Shown: positions 62,837 through 64,000 of the stretch, piece by piece
Numbering within the stretch: position 1 is the first letter of the stretch
Layout: every line of letters begins with the position of its first letter
Source of the DNA: Atractiella rhizophila
Lineage: Eukaryota
Reading direction: 5' to 3'
Length of the DNA: 64,000 nt
Assembly: GCA_021432655.1 (NCBI GenBank)
Contig: MU271275.1
Span: 1-64,000, forward strand
Position numbers and translations under genes: made by a program
The notes under the pieces: generated by a model
Seen by the model: the letters and a program-made list of their open reading frames with translations, nothing else
What the model was told of the DNA's origin: nothing
Databases searched by the model: none

Positions 62837-64000
62837 CTAAGCCTGCGCGTACTTGCTCCACTTCCGAATCTCAGCTCCCTTCTTATAGAAGAAGAACAAG
62901 ATGGGAATCATGATCGCGCTCAATCCCGCCAGGAGGGACGAGCCGCCTCCAACTCCGAGAGTCTTGAAGAGGGCGTGGCCGAAGAGAGGGAACGCTGCGC
63001 CACCGCTCGACCTGAACAAGTCGTTTCCGGCGAGGAGGGAAGCGGCGTAAAGGGGATAGGACATGGGTAGGTAGACGATACAGGATTGGAAGAGGAGGAA
63101 TATGCCGGGGATGTAGAGGGAGGCGGCAATGATGGGACCCATCCAGTGCACCGAGGGACGAGAGAGCCAACCTATTATCAAATGATCATTAGCACTTGGT
63201 CCTACACATGAAAATGTGGGAAGACATACCGAAAAGAAGTAGAGACACTGGAATAAACAAACTTGCGACAAGGGCAACTTGGAGCCTCTCTTCAGGCACG
63301 AGAACTCCTGTGCGACGGAACTTGGGTTCGACGTGATAGTATTGGAAGGCGGCATATCCAGCGAAGGCTAGGAAACAACCGACGGCGATGCCAATGAATG
63401 GGAGTCCTTGAAGGCCGAGATTGAAGCCGTAGATCTCTCCAAAGACGATTGGGAAGGCTTCAAACCTGCGGAATAATCAGTACTGTGATTCACGAGAGGA
63501 CACTAGCAGCATACCATAAGTAGAAAATGGAATAAGCCAATGCGATATACACGTTGATGAACAGCACCGCAGGCTCTAGCGCAAGCTGGAAAGGTCTCAC
63601 GAGGGCTTCGTACAGCACATCCTTCGTTGTGGTGTTAGCCTGATCGATCTCGCTCTTCGACCTGAGGTTGTTGTTGCCAGTGATCTTTCTCAGCCTCTCG
63701 GCGCGCTTAAGGAGGATAGTCGCTGCATTCGTCTCCGGGAGTATGAAAGACAGAACGAGGAGCGCGAATCCGGAGATCATGAGGAGTTCGTAGAGTGGCC
63801 AGCGCCATCCAGCGTTCATAGCCGCGAAACCGCTGATGACTGGTCCCAAAACCTTTATTTGCCTTGATCAGCATTATTCGAGCAGAGACGTAGCGAGAAA
63901 GACGTACAGGTCCAAGGACAGCGCCGACGCTCCACAGACCAATCACGTAAGGCATCTTCATCGGTGCCCAGATATCTGCCAAACTCGCTCCTCCCGTCGC
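62837..64000 (-). CDS. MFS DHA1-family transporter, 3' part (5' truncated), paralog of 12027-14044
   Basis: GPVISGFAAMNAGWRWPLYELL, LPET, LEPAVLFINVY, YAASLLAGNDLFRS, RKWSKYAQA*. Shares intron positions with the first copy. Confidence 0.92.

Noticed and set aside
1..64000. CRISPR arrays, tRNA/rRNA genes, intact transposons
   Set aside because: No repeat-spacer array, cloverleaf, rRNA, transposase/RT motif, LTR or TIR was recognised, and the sequence is eukaryotic.

Overview
This is eukaryotic fungal DNA, most likely a basidiomycete, judged from dense ~50-70 nt introns, CTRAC-type branch points and the gene families present. The species cannot be fixed from the window. Hand splicing gives about 20 protein-coding genes: two aldehyde dehydrogenases, two monocarboxylate-type and two DHA1-type MFS transporters, a GPI-anchored aspartic protease, SSU72, a divergent calmodulin paralog, an F-box/LRR gene plus decayed relatives, an SDR, a ~2,370-aa coiled-coil/GAS2(GAR) protein, mitochondrial ribosomal protein L12, a VOC/glyoxalase protein, a ~10-kb Tag1/DUF3712-like gene, and a head-to-head pair of conserved fungal proteins of unknown function. 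The best finds not explained by the ORF track are: a box C/D snoRNA in the SSU72 5'UTR intron; a 2-nt microexon in one ALDH; a single in-frame TGA in an otherwise intact transporter; tandem duplications of the L12 3' exons and of the calmodulin start exon; and two ~1-kb hairpin-rich first introns. No tRNA, rRNA, CRISPR array or intact transposon was found. All gene models and family assignments are manual, from motifs and memory, with no database search.
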